Assembly (NCBI GenBank): GCA_033764015.1
Contig: JANRJK010000002.1
Location: forward strand, 64,001-128,000
DNA length: 64,000 nucleotides
Direction of reading: 5' to 3'
Origin: Candidatus Sumerlaeia bacterium
GTDB lineage: Bacteria; Sumerlaeota; Sumerlaeia; SLMS01; JANRJK01
Shown here: positions 47,886 to 58,348 of the stretch, in pieces
How the letters are laid out: every line of letters begins with the position of its first letter
How positions within the stretch are numbered: the stretch's first letter is position 1
Notes under the pieces: generated by a model
Databases searched by the model: none
Told to the model about the DNA's origin: nothing
The model's input: the letters and a program-made list of their open reading frames with translations, nothing else
Translations under genes and position numbers: made by a program

Positions 47886-49577
47886 TCACCGCACCAGCAG
47901 CCCGTCCGCTTCCGCCGGAGGCACCGGGCCGAGAACCATGTTCATCGCCCAGTTGTGGTCCGTAAAGGTGGCCTCTCCGCGCGCCATGGTGGCGGGAGTA
48001 TCGCTGAGGGGTGTGTCGATCTGGAAGCCGGTCCCTTCAGTGCCTTGAACGAAGCTCGGGACGTCGTTGAGCGAATCAACCTGCCAGCAGAGCCAGTAAT
48101 CGCCCGGTCCCAGATTAACTTCCGGCGGAGCCGTCGCGGTCAGCCAGTATTCGTAACTGCCGTTGTAGATCGGCTCCGAGGCCCAGACCCGTTCGAGTAC
48201 CGGGCCATCGCGATACACGCTGAGAACCACATTCCCGAATGGGTCATGGACGTATAGGGATACTGACTGGATGGCCCCGGGCTGGTCTAGGCTAACCTTT
48301 GTGCCCTTGAGATAGTTGCGTTGGGAGGCGCGGAGGTAATGATATTGCCCGTGAGTGTTGGCATTGAAGAGCAGGTCTCCGCCTTCCGAATCGTTTGTAA
48401 AATGGAAGTCAAAGATCGGAAGGAGCATATGGCCGCGATCCACTGAGGGGCAACAGTAGCTCTTTGTGATTCGCTGTAGTCCAACCGGATCGCTCGGGTT
48501 CGAGCCGCTGCGGTAGCTGACAAGCTGTCGTGCGCATTTTGGACCTCCAATGAACCCTCCAGGTGGAATGGGTTCGGGGTCCGGTTGCAGTTCGAAAGTG
48601 TCACTGTCAAAGTGATAAGTTCCATTGAGACAAATTGGGACCTCTCTCAAAATGTTATTGTATGCAGATAGAATGATGTGTCCGGTGCAGCGGGAGAAGG
48701 TAGATTTCAGAGAAGTTCCGAGCGGGCTATATGTTCCGCAGACCCTTCCGGACCGAATCAACTTACCAGTGTCCAAGTCAAGGATTGTGAGGTAAACTGC
48801 GCTCGACGGCAGGTCCAAGAGAGCAGTAACCACCATTTCATTCCGATCGAGGTCGATAGAGTCTTGGCCTGCGATACGACTATCAGCTATCAATAGTCCC
48901 TCGGGGAAGCTGAAGGTGTCATCAAGCGTGTTGGTGGCAATGTCAAACTTGTCGAGGCGTCTGGTGCCGAGTTCACCTTCGGGAGTTGAGTAGGTCTTGG
49001 ACTCAACGAAAAAGTAGTCGGCACCCCGAGGCGCCCAGACGGTGACGATTTCGTCCACCGGTTCGGGAATGGGAGCGGGTGCCGAAATGGATTCCGATCC
49101 GTGATGGAAGACTGCGATTTGCGGATTCCGCTGATCGAATAGGATTGTGAACTCGCGATCCGTTGAGGCTAAATCAGAATCTGTTCCCGCCAGCTCAAAA
49201 TCGGACTCGAGACTTCGAAGGGAAAAACCCTCCGGAAGCGGGATCTGGGTGGCGCGCCCCGTCTCGAGGTCCATGGTAAACAACTGCCGCCTGTCAGGAC
49301 CTACGGCCGTAAACGCGATCTTCCCTTGGCGAACCATATACGCTTTGAAGTAGAATGATGTGGAGCCCGCCATCGCCCGATCATCTTCGAAGTCACCCTC
49401 CGGGTTGAGCTGCGCCCGCCCGCTCCGCAGCAACACCATTCCCCCGTCCGGGTACACGGCACTGCCGGGGTTCGTAACTCCGGCGATTCGGGTCTGCTCT
49501 GTAGATTGCAGCAGGGTGCCTTCCGCCGATAGGGTGGCAAGAATGGCCAAGGTGCGGATAGAGTGGTTACGCGGCAT
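47886..49577 (-). CDS. Hypothetical exported protein (propeller-like N-term, beta-sandwich C-term), lower GC
   Basis: 563-aa ORF with GGGAGGA RBS and hydrophobic leader. Confidence 0.7.
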   Translation of the reverse strand: MPRNHSIRTLAILATLSAEGTLLQSTEQTRIAGVTNPGSAVYPDGGMVLLRSGRAQLNPEGDFEDDRAMAGSTSFYFKAYMVRQGKIAFTAVGPDRRQLFTMDLETGRATQIPLPEGFSLRSLESDFELAGTDSDLASTDREFTILFDQRNPQIAVFHHGSESISAPAPIPEPVDEIVTVWAPRGADYFFVESKTYSTPEGELGTRRLDKFDIATNTLDDTFSFPEGLLIADSRIAGQDSIDLDRNEMVVTALLDLPSSAVYLTILDLDTGKLIRSGRVCGTYSPLGTSLKSTFSRCTGHIILSAYNNILREVPICLNGTYHFDSDTFELQPDPEPIPPGGFIGGPKCARQLVSYRSGSNPSDPVGLQRITKSYCCPSVDRGHMLLPIFDFHFTNDSEGGDLLFNANTHGQYHYLRASQRNYLKGTKVSLDQPGAIQSVSLYVHDPFGNVVLSVYRDGPVLERVWASEPIYNGSYEYWLTATAPPEVNLGPGDYWLCWQVDSLNDVPSFVQGTEGTGFQIDTPLSDTPATMARGEATFTDHNWAMNMVLGPVPPAEADGLLVR

Positions 49578-49792
49578 GAGTTGAATCCTCCCTAGTTAAA
49601 TCCATCATACCATACACGCGCCCAACGTCAACCCATATCTGGCCAGATCCAACACATCCTCCACCTCCAACACGCCGCCAGGCCCGTCCACCTTGATTGT
49701 GCCGCCCTCCTTTGTCAGCCCGCCGGTGGGGGCGCGGGCGATGGGGTTCCCAGCTCGCGCTGCAGGAGGCGGCAGGGGACACCTCGCGCCCC

Positions 49793-50329
49793 CTACTCCG
49801 CCCCTTCCTCCGCCTTGGGCGCGGCGTGCGAGGCGGCGTCGCGTTCGACCTGTTCCATGACCGGGCCGAAGTCGACGCTGTCCACGGGCACATCCGCCAC
49901 GCGGAAGGCCTCGCCGGCGTGCGGGTGTTCGAAGAGCAGCCAGCCGTCGCCGTCGCGGCCCTTGTAGTTGAGCACGCGGAAGCGCAGCAGCAGGTGCGCG
50001 AGCAGGAAGAGCTGCGCGGTGTACGCTTCGTCCCCGGTGGCGTGCAGAGCGGCGAAGAGGCGCCACATCGCCTCGTTGCGTTCGCTGCGGGCGAGGCGGC
50101 GCTCCGTGGCGGTGGGCGCCGAGACGCGCTTCGCCACCCAGTAGCTGAAGTACGCGCGGTCGCCGGACTTCTCCCAGCACGCGGGGCAGAAGTCGCTGCG
50201 GATCGCCTCGTCCTTGTCGGACACTTCGAGGACCGTCGCCTGGCGCCCGGCGCCCGGCAGCGAGCAGCCGCACAGGAGGCACTGGTCGTTCGGTCGGCGG
50301 AACTTGAGGTAGGCTTCGCGGTCGAGCAT
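49793..50329 (-). CDS. Hypothetical protein with CxxC...CxxC zinc ribbon
   Basis: CLLCG ... DFCPACW. Confidence 0.7.
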   Translation of the reverse strand: MLDREAYLKFRRPNDQCLLCGCSLPGAGRQATVLEVSDKDEAIRSDFCPACWEKSGDRAYFSYWVAKRVSAPTATERRLARSERNEAMWRLFAALHATGDEAYTAQLFLLAHLLLRFRVLNYKGRDGDGWLLFEHPHAGEAFRVADVPVDSVDFGPVMEQVERDAASHAAPKAEEGAE

Positions 50330-50482
50330 GGGCTGGGGCTTCGGCGGATTCGGCGGGACCACCAATGAGCGGTCGTCGCGGTGGGAGGGTCAAGCGCCCC
50401 CCGGAACGCGAACCGGCCCGCGGGAGAACCCGCGGGCCGGTAGGGGAGAGAGGGACTGGCTGGTGCTGCCGCTTCGGGTGGC

Positions 50483-53218
50483 TTACTGCGAGAGGATGAC
50501 GACCGAGTACGGGCCGATGCCGATGTTGCCGTTGAAGCCGAGCCCGTCCTTGGCGCCGGAGTTCGCCGTCGTGTTGTACGAGTTGAAGTTGCCGAAGTCC
50601 GAGCTGTAGCCGTTCCAGTCGCTGTTGAAGCGGACGAACCAGGTGCCGCCGCGCGGGAAGCCGATGTTGTAGCTCGAGTAGGAGGTGTTGGCGAAGTTCA
50701 TCACCACCACCACGTCGTCGCCCGGGCCGCCCGCATCGAACCGGTGGAAGGCCACCAGCTTGTTCGTGTTGTTGACGTGGAAGACGTTCACGCCCTGTCC
50801 GCGGAGGCCGCGCGTGTTGTTGTACCAGTTGCGGCGGAGCTTGATCAGGTCGCTGTACATCGCCTTGATGCCGCCGAACGTCGTTTCCTTGCTCCAGTCG
50901 AGCGGGTCCGTGTCGGCCCACCAGCCGTCCTCGAGGATGTCCTGACCCATGAAGAGCATCGGGATGCCCGGGGCGGTGAGAACCAGCGCGCCGCCAAGCG
51001 TCGAGCGCTTCTTGGAGAACCAGCTTCCGGCGTTGCCCGGCCAGATTTCCTCGGCCACGCGCGCCTTGCCGTTCGCCACTTCGTCGTGCGACTCGGTGTA
51101 GATGACGCGCTTGAAGGCGTTGCCGTCGTAGCGTCCGTTGATGGCGTCGCGGATCGCGAACATGCTGCGGTCGGCGTCGTTGCCCTTGATTACTTCCGCG
51201 CGGACCGGGTGGACGAAGTTGGCGTCCCACTGCGAGTCGAAGCCCGCGCCGCCGGCGCCCGTCGTCTTCACGAGGAACTCGTTGTTCTGCAGGTCCTCGG
51301 CGATCTGGATCTTCCAGCTATGCGCGAAGTCCACCTCGTTGTTGATCCACTGCATCAGCGACCAGCCGTCGGGGATGTCCCCGCCGCCGCCGTTGTTCTG
51401 CGTGCGGATGTTCACCGTCGAGTCCCAGCGCAGGCCGTCCACGCGGAACGTGTTGAGCCAGAACATCGCGTTGTCGCGCAGGTACGTGCGCACTTCGCCG
51501 CGGCCGTAGTCGGGACGCGTGTCGCCCCACGGCGTGGAGGAGCGCCAGTCGTTGAAGAAGTAGATGCCGCCCTTGCCGTTCTGGCTCCAGCCGTCGAACT
51601 GCCAGAGGTCGAGGTCGCTCGGGCCCCAGTGGTTGTAAACGACGTCCTGGATCACCGCGAGGCCGCGCTGGTGCGCCTGCTTGATGAACTCCTTGTACAT
51701 CTGCGGCCCGCCGTAGATCGACTCGACCGAGAACGGGTAGGCGGGGTTGTAGCCCCAGGAGAAGTCGCCGGCGAACTCGTTGATCGGCAGCACCTGCACC
51801 GCGTTGTAGCCCATGTTCGAGACGTGGTCCAGCTTCGCGATGGCGCTCGTGAAGTTGCCCGGGTTGCCGCCCGGCGAGTCGTTGAACGTGCCGATGTGCA
51901 TCTGGTAGATCACCAGCTCGTTCCAAGCGGGCGTGTTGAACACCGGGTCGGAGCCCGGCTGCGTCGCCGTGATAGTCACGTCGTCGATCGCCGCGCCGTC
52001 GCTCGAGGCGGGGTAGTTGTCGTACTGCTGGAAGCGCACGCGGAAGCTGGCGCCGGGCGTGAGGCCCTTGTCCGACAGGGTGACGGTGCGGGTGGACCAG
52101 CTCGTGCTGATCGCGGGGTAGCTGTCGACCTTCGTCCAGTTGGTGCCGTCGTTCGAGATGAACACACCGTCCTGCGTGTGCGTCTCCTCGCCGATATTGC
52201 GCACCTTGTAGGTGAGCGTGACGTTCGTCTTGCCGGAGGCGTTGACGGTCGTCGTGACCTCGTTGGTGCCGTAGGAGTTCGACACCGAGCTGTCCATCAG
52301 CAGGCCGCGGGTTCCCGCCGCCTTGTAGGTGGTGCTCAGCGCGGTGCGCTTCGTGCCGGAGCCGGAAAGCGTCCAGCCTGCGTTGATCGTCGTCGCTTCG
52401 AAATTGTCGGTGAAGAGCGTCACGGTCGACGCAGCCGTGCCCCATGTGAAGCGCGGGTCGTGAACCACCGAGTTGCCGACCGAGTTGGTGACCTGCACCG
52501 ACCACGGGTCGTTGCGCCACATGGTGTTGGCGCCGTTCTGGATCACGTACTTGTATTGATGGCCGTAGGTCACGCCCGAGACGTCGCGGCTCCAGAAGCC
52601 GTTCCCCTCGCTCGCGAGGTTCGTCGACGTCGAGGACCAGCCGTTGAAATCGCCGGCGACACTGACATTCGACGCGTTCGGCGCCCAGACGCGGAAGCCG
52701 GCAGGCGAGTCGCCGTTGAAGAGGATGCCCATGCCGGAGCGGCTCGACGGCGTCACCGGGCTCGGCGTCGGCGTCGGGGTAGGCGTCGGCGTCGGCGTGG
52801 GTGTCGGGGTCGGCGTGGCCGAGCCGGACGTGGTTGCAACGATGTTGAAGGTGGAGGCGCTGTAGCCGCGGACGCCGATGTACCAGCGCCCGGACGACAT
52901 GGCCGGAGAGGTGGTGGAGGTGACCGTGACCGTTTCGTTGCTGCCGCTAAGGTACGGGCGGAAGTCGTAGGCGGTCGTCGTCGGCGTGCCGGCCTTGCGG
53001 ACGTAGAGGTCCGCGTCGCCGGTCCCGGCGGAGGTCATCTGCACGCTGAGCTGCGTCGCGCCAACCGGCGCGTCGATGTAGTACTGCAGCCAGGCGCTTG
53101 CGGCGACCGACTGGTTTGTACGGCTCACACCGCTGGTGAGTGCCGTTTGCGCGCAGACAATCGCCGGAGCGATCATGGCCAGCGCGCCGAGCAGGATGCT
53201 GCGGGATTGAAGCTTCAT
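50483..53218 (-). CDS. Secreted multidomain GH13 alpha-glucan-active enzyme (PPC + PT linker + CBM48 + insert + GH13)
   Basis: GDADLYVR PPC motif, FRVWAPNA, SWGYNP, DVVYNH, DGLRWD, IAED, ESHDEV. Confidence 0.9.
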   Translation of the reverse strand: MKLQSRSILLGALAMIAPAIVCAQTALTSGVSRTNQSVAASAWLQYYIDAPVGATQLSVQMTSAGTGDADLYVRKAGTPTTTAYDFRPYLSGSNETVTVTSTTSPAMSSGRWYIGVRGYSASTFNIVATTSGSATPTPTPTPTPTPTPTPTPSPVTPSSRSGMGILFNGDSPAGFRVWAPNASNVSVAGDFNGWSSTSTNLASEGNGFWSRDVSGVTYGHQYKYVIQNGANTMWRNDPWSVQVTNSVGNSVVHDPRFTWGTAASTVTLFTDNFEATTINAGWTLSGSGTKRTALSTTYKAAGTRGLLMDSSVSNSYGTNEVTTTVNASGKTNVTLTYKVRNIGEETHTQDGVFISNDGTNWTKVDSYPAISTSWSTRTVTLSDKGLTPGASFRVRFQQYDNYPASSDGAAIDDVTITATQPGSDPVFNTPAWNELVIYQMHIGTFNDSPGGNPGNFTSAIAKLDHVSNMGYNAVQVLPINEFAGDFSWGYNPAYPFSVESIYGGPQMYKEFIKQAHQRGLAVIQDVVYNHWGPSDLDLWQFDGWSQNGKGGIYFFNDWRSSTPWGDTRPDYGRGEVRTYLRDNAMFWLNTFRVDGLRWDSTVNIRTQNNGGGGDIPDGWSLMQWINNEVDFAHSWKIQIAEDLQNNEFLVKTTGAGGAGFDSQWDANFVHPVRAEVIKGNDADRSMFAIRDAINGRYDGNAFKRVIYTESHDEVANGKARVAEEIWPGNAGSWFSKKRSTLGGALVLTAPGIPMLFMGQDILEDGWWADTDPLDWSKETTFGGIKAMYSDLIKLRRNWYNNTRGLRGQGVNVFHVNNTNKLVAFHRFDAGGPGDDVVVVMNFANTSYSSYNIGFPRGGTWFVRFNSDWNGYSSDFGNFNSYNTTANSGAKDGLGFNGNIGIGPYSVVILSQ

Positions 53219-53519
53219 CTTTCCTCTCGGAGAAACCGCCACCCGGGGGAGGGTGGATTTATCGTGTCGATTTCTATGCGAAGCAAAACTCTAGGATGGC
53301 ATCCGCGTCAATCAGAACGGATCAGAAATTGAGCGATAAAAAAGTAAACAACACACATGCCTCAAATAAGTGGATTTACGCGACGATGGTGGCGTCGACA
53401 CGGGCGGAATCATGTCCGCCAATGTGTGGGACGCTTGTCGCAACGGGCATCCGATAAAGGTTTTTATGCACCGTGGGCGTCGCCGGAAGCTGTCGGTCGG
53501 TTCAAAAATCGGGCGGAAA

Positions 53520-55205
53520 TTATCCCGCGCTCTTCAAGGAGGCGAGCAGTTCCACGTAGTTCTTGCAGCGGAGAACCCCCGTGCGAACCGCATGGTCCTG
53601 TAGGGTCCCCCCGATGTCCGAGAGCAACTCGAGCTGCATCTGCGTGGATTCCTTGGCGGTCAGGATCATCACGATGATCGTGGCCAGCTCCCCGTCCGGC
53701 GCTTCGAAGTCGATCCCGCCCCGCGCCAGCCCGACCGCGACGAGTGGCGCCTGCAGGCCCGGAATCCGGGCGTGGGGCACGGCGACCCCGTGACCCATGC
53801 CGGTGGCGACGAGTTGCTCGCGCTTCCAGACTTCGGAGAAGACCGTTTCCGCGGAGGGCGCGCCGGGGCTCTTGGCAAGCGCGGCGGCCAGTTCCCGCAG
53901 CGCCGTCTCGCGGTCCTCCCCCCCGAGCGCGGGCAGGAAGGCCGCCGGCGCGAGGAAGTCGAAGAAGCGCACGGTGCGCTTGCGCTGTAGCAGCATCTCC
54001 ATCAGCGACCCGGCCACGACCGAGGTCGCGATCGCCATAACGACCAGCGCCACGAAGGTCTTCTCGCCGATGAGGCCGGCGGAGAGGGCGAGCAGCGCGA
54101 GGATGATCTCCATGGCGCCGCGGGCGTTCATCCCGACGCCGAGCGCCAGCGACTCGCGCGTGCCCATCCCCGCGAGGCGTCCGGCGACGCCGCAGCCCAC
54201 CAGCTTGCCGACGCTCGCGATCACGATCACAAAGCCCGCCAGCAGCGGATCGAAGTGCGAGAAGAAGTCCACGCGCAGGCCGATGGAGGCGAAGAACACC
54301 GGGGCGAAGATGAACGAGATGAAGTTCTCCAGCGTGTGCCGCGTCTTGTCGCGCAGGTGGCCGGAGTCGCCGAGCGCGACGCCGAACAGGAAGGCGCCGA
54401 AGATCGCGTGGACGCCGATCCACTCCGTGAAGGCTGCGCAGATGGTGCCGCCCGCCACTGTGAATCCGAGCACGCCGCCCGGCCAGGTGGTGTACGCCTG
54501 CAGCCGCGGCAGAGCCCGGTCCAGCAGCCAGCGGCCCACGGTGAGCATCAACGCGGCGAAGGCCAGCGTCGCCGCGATCGTGGTGGGGACGCTGAACGCC
54601 GCCCCCGCGCCCTTGCCGATCATGCCGAGGATGACCGCGAATAGCATCCAGCCGGCGATGTCGTCGATCACCGCCACCGAAATGATGAGCATGCCGAAGT
54701 CGCTTCTATAGAGCTTAAGGTCCAATAGCGTCTTCGCGATCACCGGAAGCGCGGAGATGGCCAGCGCGGTTCCGATGAACAGCGAGAAGGGAAGCGGCTC
54801 GGCACCATCCGTCGCGCCGAGCCACTCCGGCACGAACCACGCCGCGGCGAACCCGACACCGAAGGGAACCACCATGCCCAGGACACTGATCAGCACGGAG
54901 GCGCGCCCTTGCCTGAGCACGGACGAGATGTCAACCTCGAGCCCCGCGACGAGCAGGAACAACGTGATCGCGATCGTCGTGAAGCCCTGAAGCGCGATCG
55001 CCGCGTTGCCCGCCTGGGGGAAAAGCCAGGCCTGGGCGTCCGGAGCTATGCGCCCAAGGACCGTGGGGCCGAGCAGAACGCCCGCAAGGATCTCCCCGAT
55101 CACCGCCGGCTGGTTCATCCGCTTGAAAATCTCGCCGAAGATCCGGGCGACCCCGAGCAGGACTCCCAGCCCGAGGAGGAGAATCGTGATGTCGTAGTGG
55201 TTCAT
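53520..55205 (-). CDS. Cation/H+ antiporter (CPA2) fused to PTS EIIA domain
   Basis: QPAVIGEILAG, DDIAGW, MNARG; tail KREQLVATGMGHGVAVPHAR. Confidence 0.9.
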   Translation of the reverse strand: MNHYDITILLLGLGVLLGVARIFGEIFKRMNQPAVIGEILAGVLLGPTVLGRIAPDAQAWLFPQAGNAAIALQGFTTIAITLFLLVAGLEVDISSVLRQGRASVLISVLGMVVPFGVGFAAAWFVPEWLGATDGAEPLPFSLFIGTALAISALPVIAKTLLDLKLYRSDFGMLIISVAVIDDIAGWMLFAVILGMIGKGAGAAFSVPTTIAATLAFAALMLTVGRWLLDRALPRLQAYTTWPGGVLGFTVAGGTICAAFTEWIGVHAIFGAFLFGVALGDSGHLRDKTRHTLENFISFIFAPVFFASIGLRVDFFSHFDPLLAGFVIVIASVGKLVGCGVAGRLAGMGTRESLALGVGMNARGAMEIILALLALSAGLIGEKTFVALVVMAIATSVVAGSLMEMLLQRKRTVRFFDFLAPAAFLPALGGEDRETALRELAAALAKSPGAPSAETVFSEVWKREQLVATGMGHGVAVPHARIPGLQAPLVAVGLARGGIDFEAPDGELATIIVMILTAKESTQMQLELLSDIGGTLQDHAVRTGVLRCKNYVELLASLKSAG

Positions 55206-56083
55206 CGGGGCGACACCTCCGGCGCGCCGGGACCCCGGTGCACCAGCACCGCGCAAGGGAGGCGCTCCAGCACGACCTCGGTCGGATGCTTCAGGAAGCG
55301 GTCCCAGAACCGCAGCGGGCGCGAGGGCGCCGGGTAGACCAGCAGGTCCGCTCCCACGCGCCGCGCGTAGTCCACCGACTCCAGCCCCTCAGCCCCTTCG
55401 AGCACTTCCACCTCGACCTCTATGCCCGAGAGATCGAGGTCTTCGATGAAGTGGCGCAACTCGACCAGGTGGGCGGCGCGCAGCAGCCCCGCCTCTTCGG
55501 CGGGGTCCGGACCCTCGGACGCGCGGACGCGTCCTGCGAGCCGGTCGTAGCTGTCGGTCTCGTAGATGAAGTGCAGCTCGGTGGCGCCAGCGCGCCGCGC
55601 GAACGGCGCCGCGAAGGCCACCATCGCGCGGGATGCGTCGTCGAACGCGACGCTCACCACCACGGTCCGGAAGGGACGTCCGCCTGTGACCGGAGCCGGA
55701 AGGAGCAGCACAGAACGCGGCACCCGCCGCGCGATGCGCCGCGCGATGGATCCGAAGAAGCCCTCCATGAGCCCCTCGCGCTCCAGCGCCCCCGCCACCA
55801 CGAGGTCTGCGTCTACTTCCTCCGCCACCTCCGCCGCCGCGTCTTCCGGGGCGGCGTCGCGCACGAAAAACCTCGGCGCGGGGGCGCCCGGACCGGACGC
55901 CTCCCGCAGCACCGCCTCCACGGCCGCGGACTGCTCCGCATCCTCGGGGCCGGCGTGGACGAACACCACTTCGCCCCCGAGGCGCCGCCCGAGCGCGAGC
56001 GCCTCGCCCGCGACCGCTGCGGCCCTCGGCGACAAGGCGAGGCAAGACAGGATGGTGAAGGACTTCTCCGGCTCGCTGGCCAT
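55202..56083 (-). CDS. Tandem universal stress protein
   Basis: ADLVVAG, FGSIARRIARRVPRSVL, ADLLV, LPCAVLV. Confidence 0.85.
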   Translation of the reverse strand: MASEPEKSFTILSCLALSPRAAAVAGEALALGRRLGGEVVFVHAGPEDAEQSAAVEAVLREASGPGAPAPRFFVRDAAPEDAAAEVAEEVDADLVVAGALEREGLMEGFFGSIARRIARRVPRSVLLLPAPVTGGRPFRTVVVSVAFDDASRAMVAFAAPFARRAGATELHFIYETDSYDRLAGRVRASEGPDPAEEAGLLRAAHLVELRHFIEDLDLSGIEVEVEVLEGAEGLESVDYARRVGADLLVYPAPSRPLRFWDRFLKHPTEVVLERLPCAVLVHRGPGAPEVSPR

Positions 56084-56228
56084 GTCATGCTCCGCGGGGG
56101 TGGATGGGCTCCACAACCTCGTTGCCACGGTACGCGCGGTCAACCCGACGATCCTCGGTGCGGAATCCACCAAACCCCGCGCCCGCCGGGTCCGTCCCGT
56201 TCGATGGTCCGCCGCGAGGAGTCCAACC

Positions 56229-57161
56229 ATGCCGAACCATAAGCTCCTTTCCCTCTTGCTGGCGCTCGGCGCCTTCCTAGCCGCCTTCGTCGCGCCCGCC
56301 GCCGCGCAGCGCGCGCCCCAGCCGATCGATCCGCCGGACTACGAATCGGACGAGCGGCGCATCGACGACCGCTGGGAACGCGAGGGCGAGCCCCTCGAGG
56401 TCCGCATCGACTCGTCCAAGGAGCGCTACACGATCGGCCAGGATGTCGTCTTGTACCTTGAGACGAACCGCGACGCGCGGGTGTGGGTGTTCAGCGAGGA
56501 CGACCGCGGCGCCACCCGCGTCCTGTTTCCCAACGCCTTCGACCAGGACAACCGGCTCCGGGCTTCCCGCGGAGTGCGGATCCCGGCGGGTTCCTACCGG
56601 CTAACCGCCGGGCCGCCGGAGGGCCGCCGCAAGCTCCTCGCGGTCGCTCTCGACGAGCGCATCGACGTCCCGCGCTTCCGCTTCCCGCGAAGCACCACGC
56701 GCGCGCCCTTCCCCGTGATCGACGATCTGGAGACGTTCCTGCGGGAGGCCCGGGAGGCGGCGGACGACGCGGACCGCCGTCCGATCCGCCCCTTCTCGGA
56801 GGACGAGCCATGGAACGCGGTCGAGCGTCCCGGCTACGACGACGGCAACGTTGAGGGCGGGTTCGACGAGGACATCCTACTGATCCGCGTCGGGCAGAGC
56901 GGCGGAGCCGACTACGCCGACGAGCCCCCCGCCCATGATCCGGGTAGCAAGCCGGGCTCCCTCGAGGTGCGCTCGAACGTCCAGAACGCGGAGGTGTTCC
57001 TCAATGGCCGCTACTGGGGGCGCACGCCCTTCGAGGCGGAGCTACGCCCGGGCAGCTACGATCTACTGGTGCGGCGCGAGGGCTACGTACCCTACCGGAC
57101 GAAGCTCAACATCCGCGCCGGCTACGTGCGGACCGTGAGCGTGCGGCTGCTGCGCGAGTAG
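56229..57161 (+). CDS. Exported DUF4384 + PEGA domain protein
   Basis: Signal peptide, YTIGQ...LFPN, GSLEVRSNVQNAEVFLNG...GRTP. Confidence 0.82.
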   Translation: MPNHKLLSLLLALGAFLAAFVAPAAAQRAPQPIDPPDYESDERRIDDRWEREGEPLEVRIDSSKERYTIGQDVVLYLETNRDARVWVFSEDDRGATRVLFPNAFDQDNRLRASRGVRIPAGSYRLTAGPPEGRRKLLAVALDERIDVPRFRFPRSTTRAPFPVIDDLETFLREAREAADDADRRPIRPFSEDEPWNAVERPGYDDGNVEGGFDEDILLIRVGQSGGADYADEPPAHDPGSKPGSLEVRSNVQNAEVFLNGRYWGRTPFEAELRPGSYDLLVRREGYVPYRTKLNIRAGYVRTVSVRLLRE

Positions 57162-57168
57162 GCGCGCC

Positions 57169-58200
57169 CTACTTCTTTGCCTTCGCTCGCGGGGCCGACT
57201 TCTCCGCGGCGGCGCCGAGGTCCTCGAACACGCCCATGGCGCGGTACTTGGCGAAGCGCGCCGACTGGAGCGCCGGCCATTCCAGCTTCGACAGCTCCGC
57301 AAGGTGCCGGCGAAGCGAGGCCCGCAGCGCATCGTAGGTCGCCTGCGGAGCGCGGTGCGCGCCGCCCTCCGGCTCCGCGACGATCTCGTCCACGATGCCG
57401 AGGTTGAACACGTCGGGGGCGGAAAGCTTTAGCACCTCCGCCGCGCGCGGCGCCATGGCGTTGTCCTTCCAGAGGATCGCCGCGCAGCCTTCCGGCGAGA
57501 TCACGTTGTACCACGCGTTCTCCAGCATCAGCACGCGGTCGCCCACGCCGACGCCGAGCGCGCCGCCGCTGGCGCCTTCGCCGATGACCGTGACGATGAC
57601 CGGGGTGCGGAGCGCGAACATGTCGCGGATGTTGCGGGCGATCGCCTCGGCCTGGCCGCGCTCTTCGGCGCCGACACCGGGAAAGGCGCCCTTCGTGTCG
57701 ATGAAGACGAAGATGGGCAGGCGGAACTTCGCCCCCATGTTCATCACTCGGAGCGCCTTGCGGTAGCCCTCCGGGTGCATCATGCCGAAGTTGCGCCGGA
57801 GCCGCTCCTGCACATCGCGGCCCTTCTGCTGCCCTACGATCACGCAAGGCGAGCCCTCGAAGCGCGCCATGCCGGTGATCACCGCCTGGTCGTCCTTGAA
57901 GAGCCGGTCGCCGTGGATCTCGTGGAACTCGGTGAACAGCTCGCGGATGTAGTCCAGCGAGAGCGGCCGGTCCTTGTGCGCGGAAATCTGGTAGCGTTCC
58001 CAGGCGGTGGCGGGGCGGTCGTCCGCCGGCGCGGGCGTCGCGCGGTCGCCGGTGGCGACGCTCCGCGCGTTGTCGAGGCGCGCCTGGAGCGCGGGGAGCC
58101 GGCGGCGCGCCTGCCGGTCGCCCTGTGCCGCCTGGCGCGTCGTGCGCTCCAGGTCCGACTCGATTTCCCTCAGCGTGGGTCGCCCCTTGCGGTCCGCCAT
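57169..58200 (-). CDS. accA: Acetyl-CoA carboxylase carboxyltransferase alpha
   Basis: HGDR, NFGMMHPEGYRKA, AEERGQ, GEGASGGALG, ISPEGCA. Confidence 0.95.
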   Translation of the reverse strand: MADRKGRPTLREIESDLERTTRQAAQGDRQARRRLPALQARLDNARSVATGDRATPAPADDRPATAWERYQISAHKDRPLSLDYIRELFTEFHEIHGDRLFKDDQAVITGMARFEGSPCVIVGQQKGRDVQERLRRNFGMMHPEGYRKALRVMNMGAKFRLPIFVFIDTKGAFPGVGAEERGQAEAIARNIRDMFALRTPVIVTVIGEGASGGALGVGVGDRVLMLENAWYNVISPEGCAAILWKDNAMAPRAAEVLKLSAPDVFNLGIVDEIVAEPEGGAHRAPQATYDALRASLRRHLAELSKLEWPALQSARFAKYRAMGVFEDLGAAAEKSAPRAKAKK

Positions 58201-58348
58201 GTCAGCAGTCCTTTCCGCGAATTCAGCCGCCAGCGTCCGCGCGCGGCGCCGCGACCGCAAGCGGCGAACGATGCGCGCCCGCGCGCCATTCCCTTGCCGC
58301 CCGCCGCGCGCTGTGGCCCGCTGGCCACCGGACGAAAGGAGTGCCCCC

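Noticed and set aside
49605..49730. Coding-like minus-strand fragment (GLTKEGGTIKVDGPGGVLEVEDVLDLARYG)
   Set aside because: No start or recognisable family; may be a remnant but unsupported
52760..52818. Tandem 6-bp GGCGTC-like repeats
   Set aside because: Encode the Thr-Pro linker of the GH13 enzyme; not a CRISPR or independent repeat
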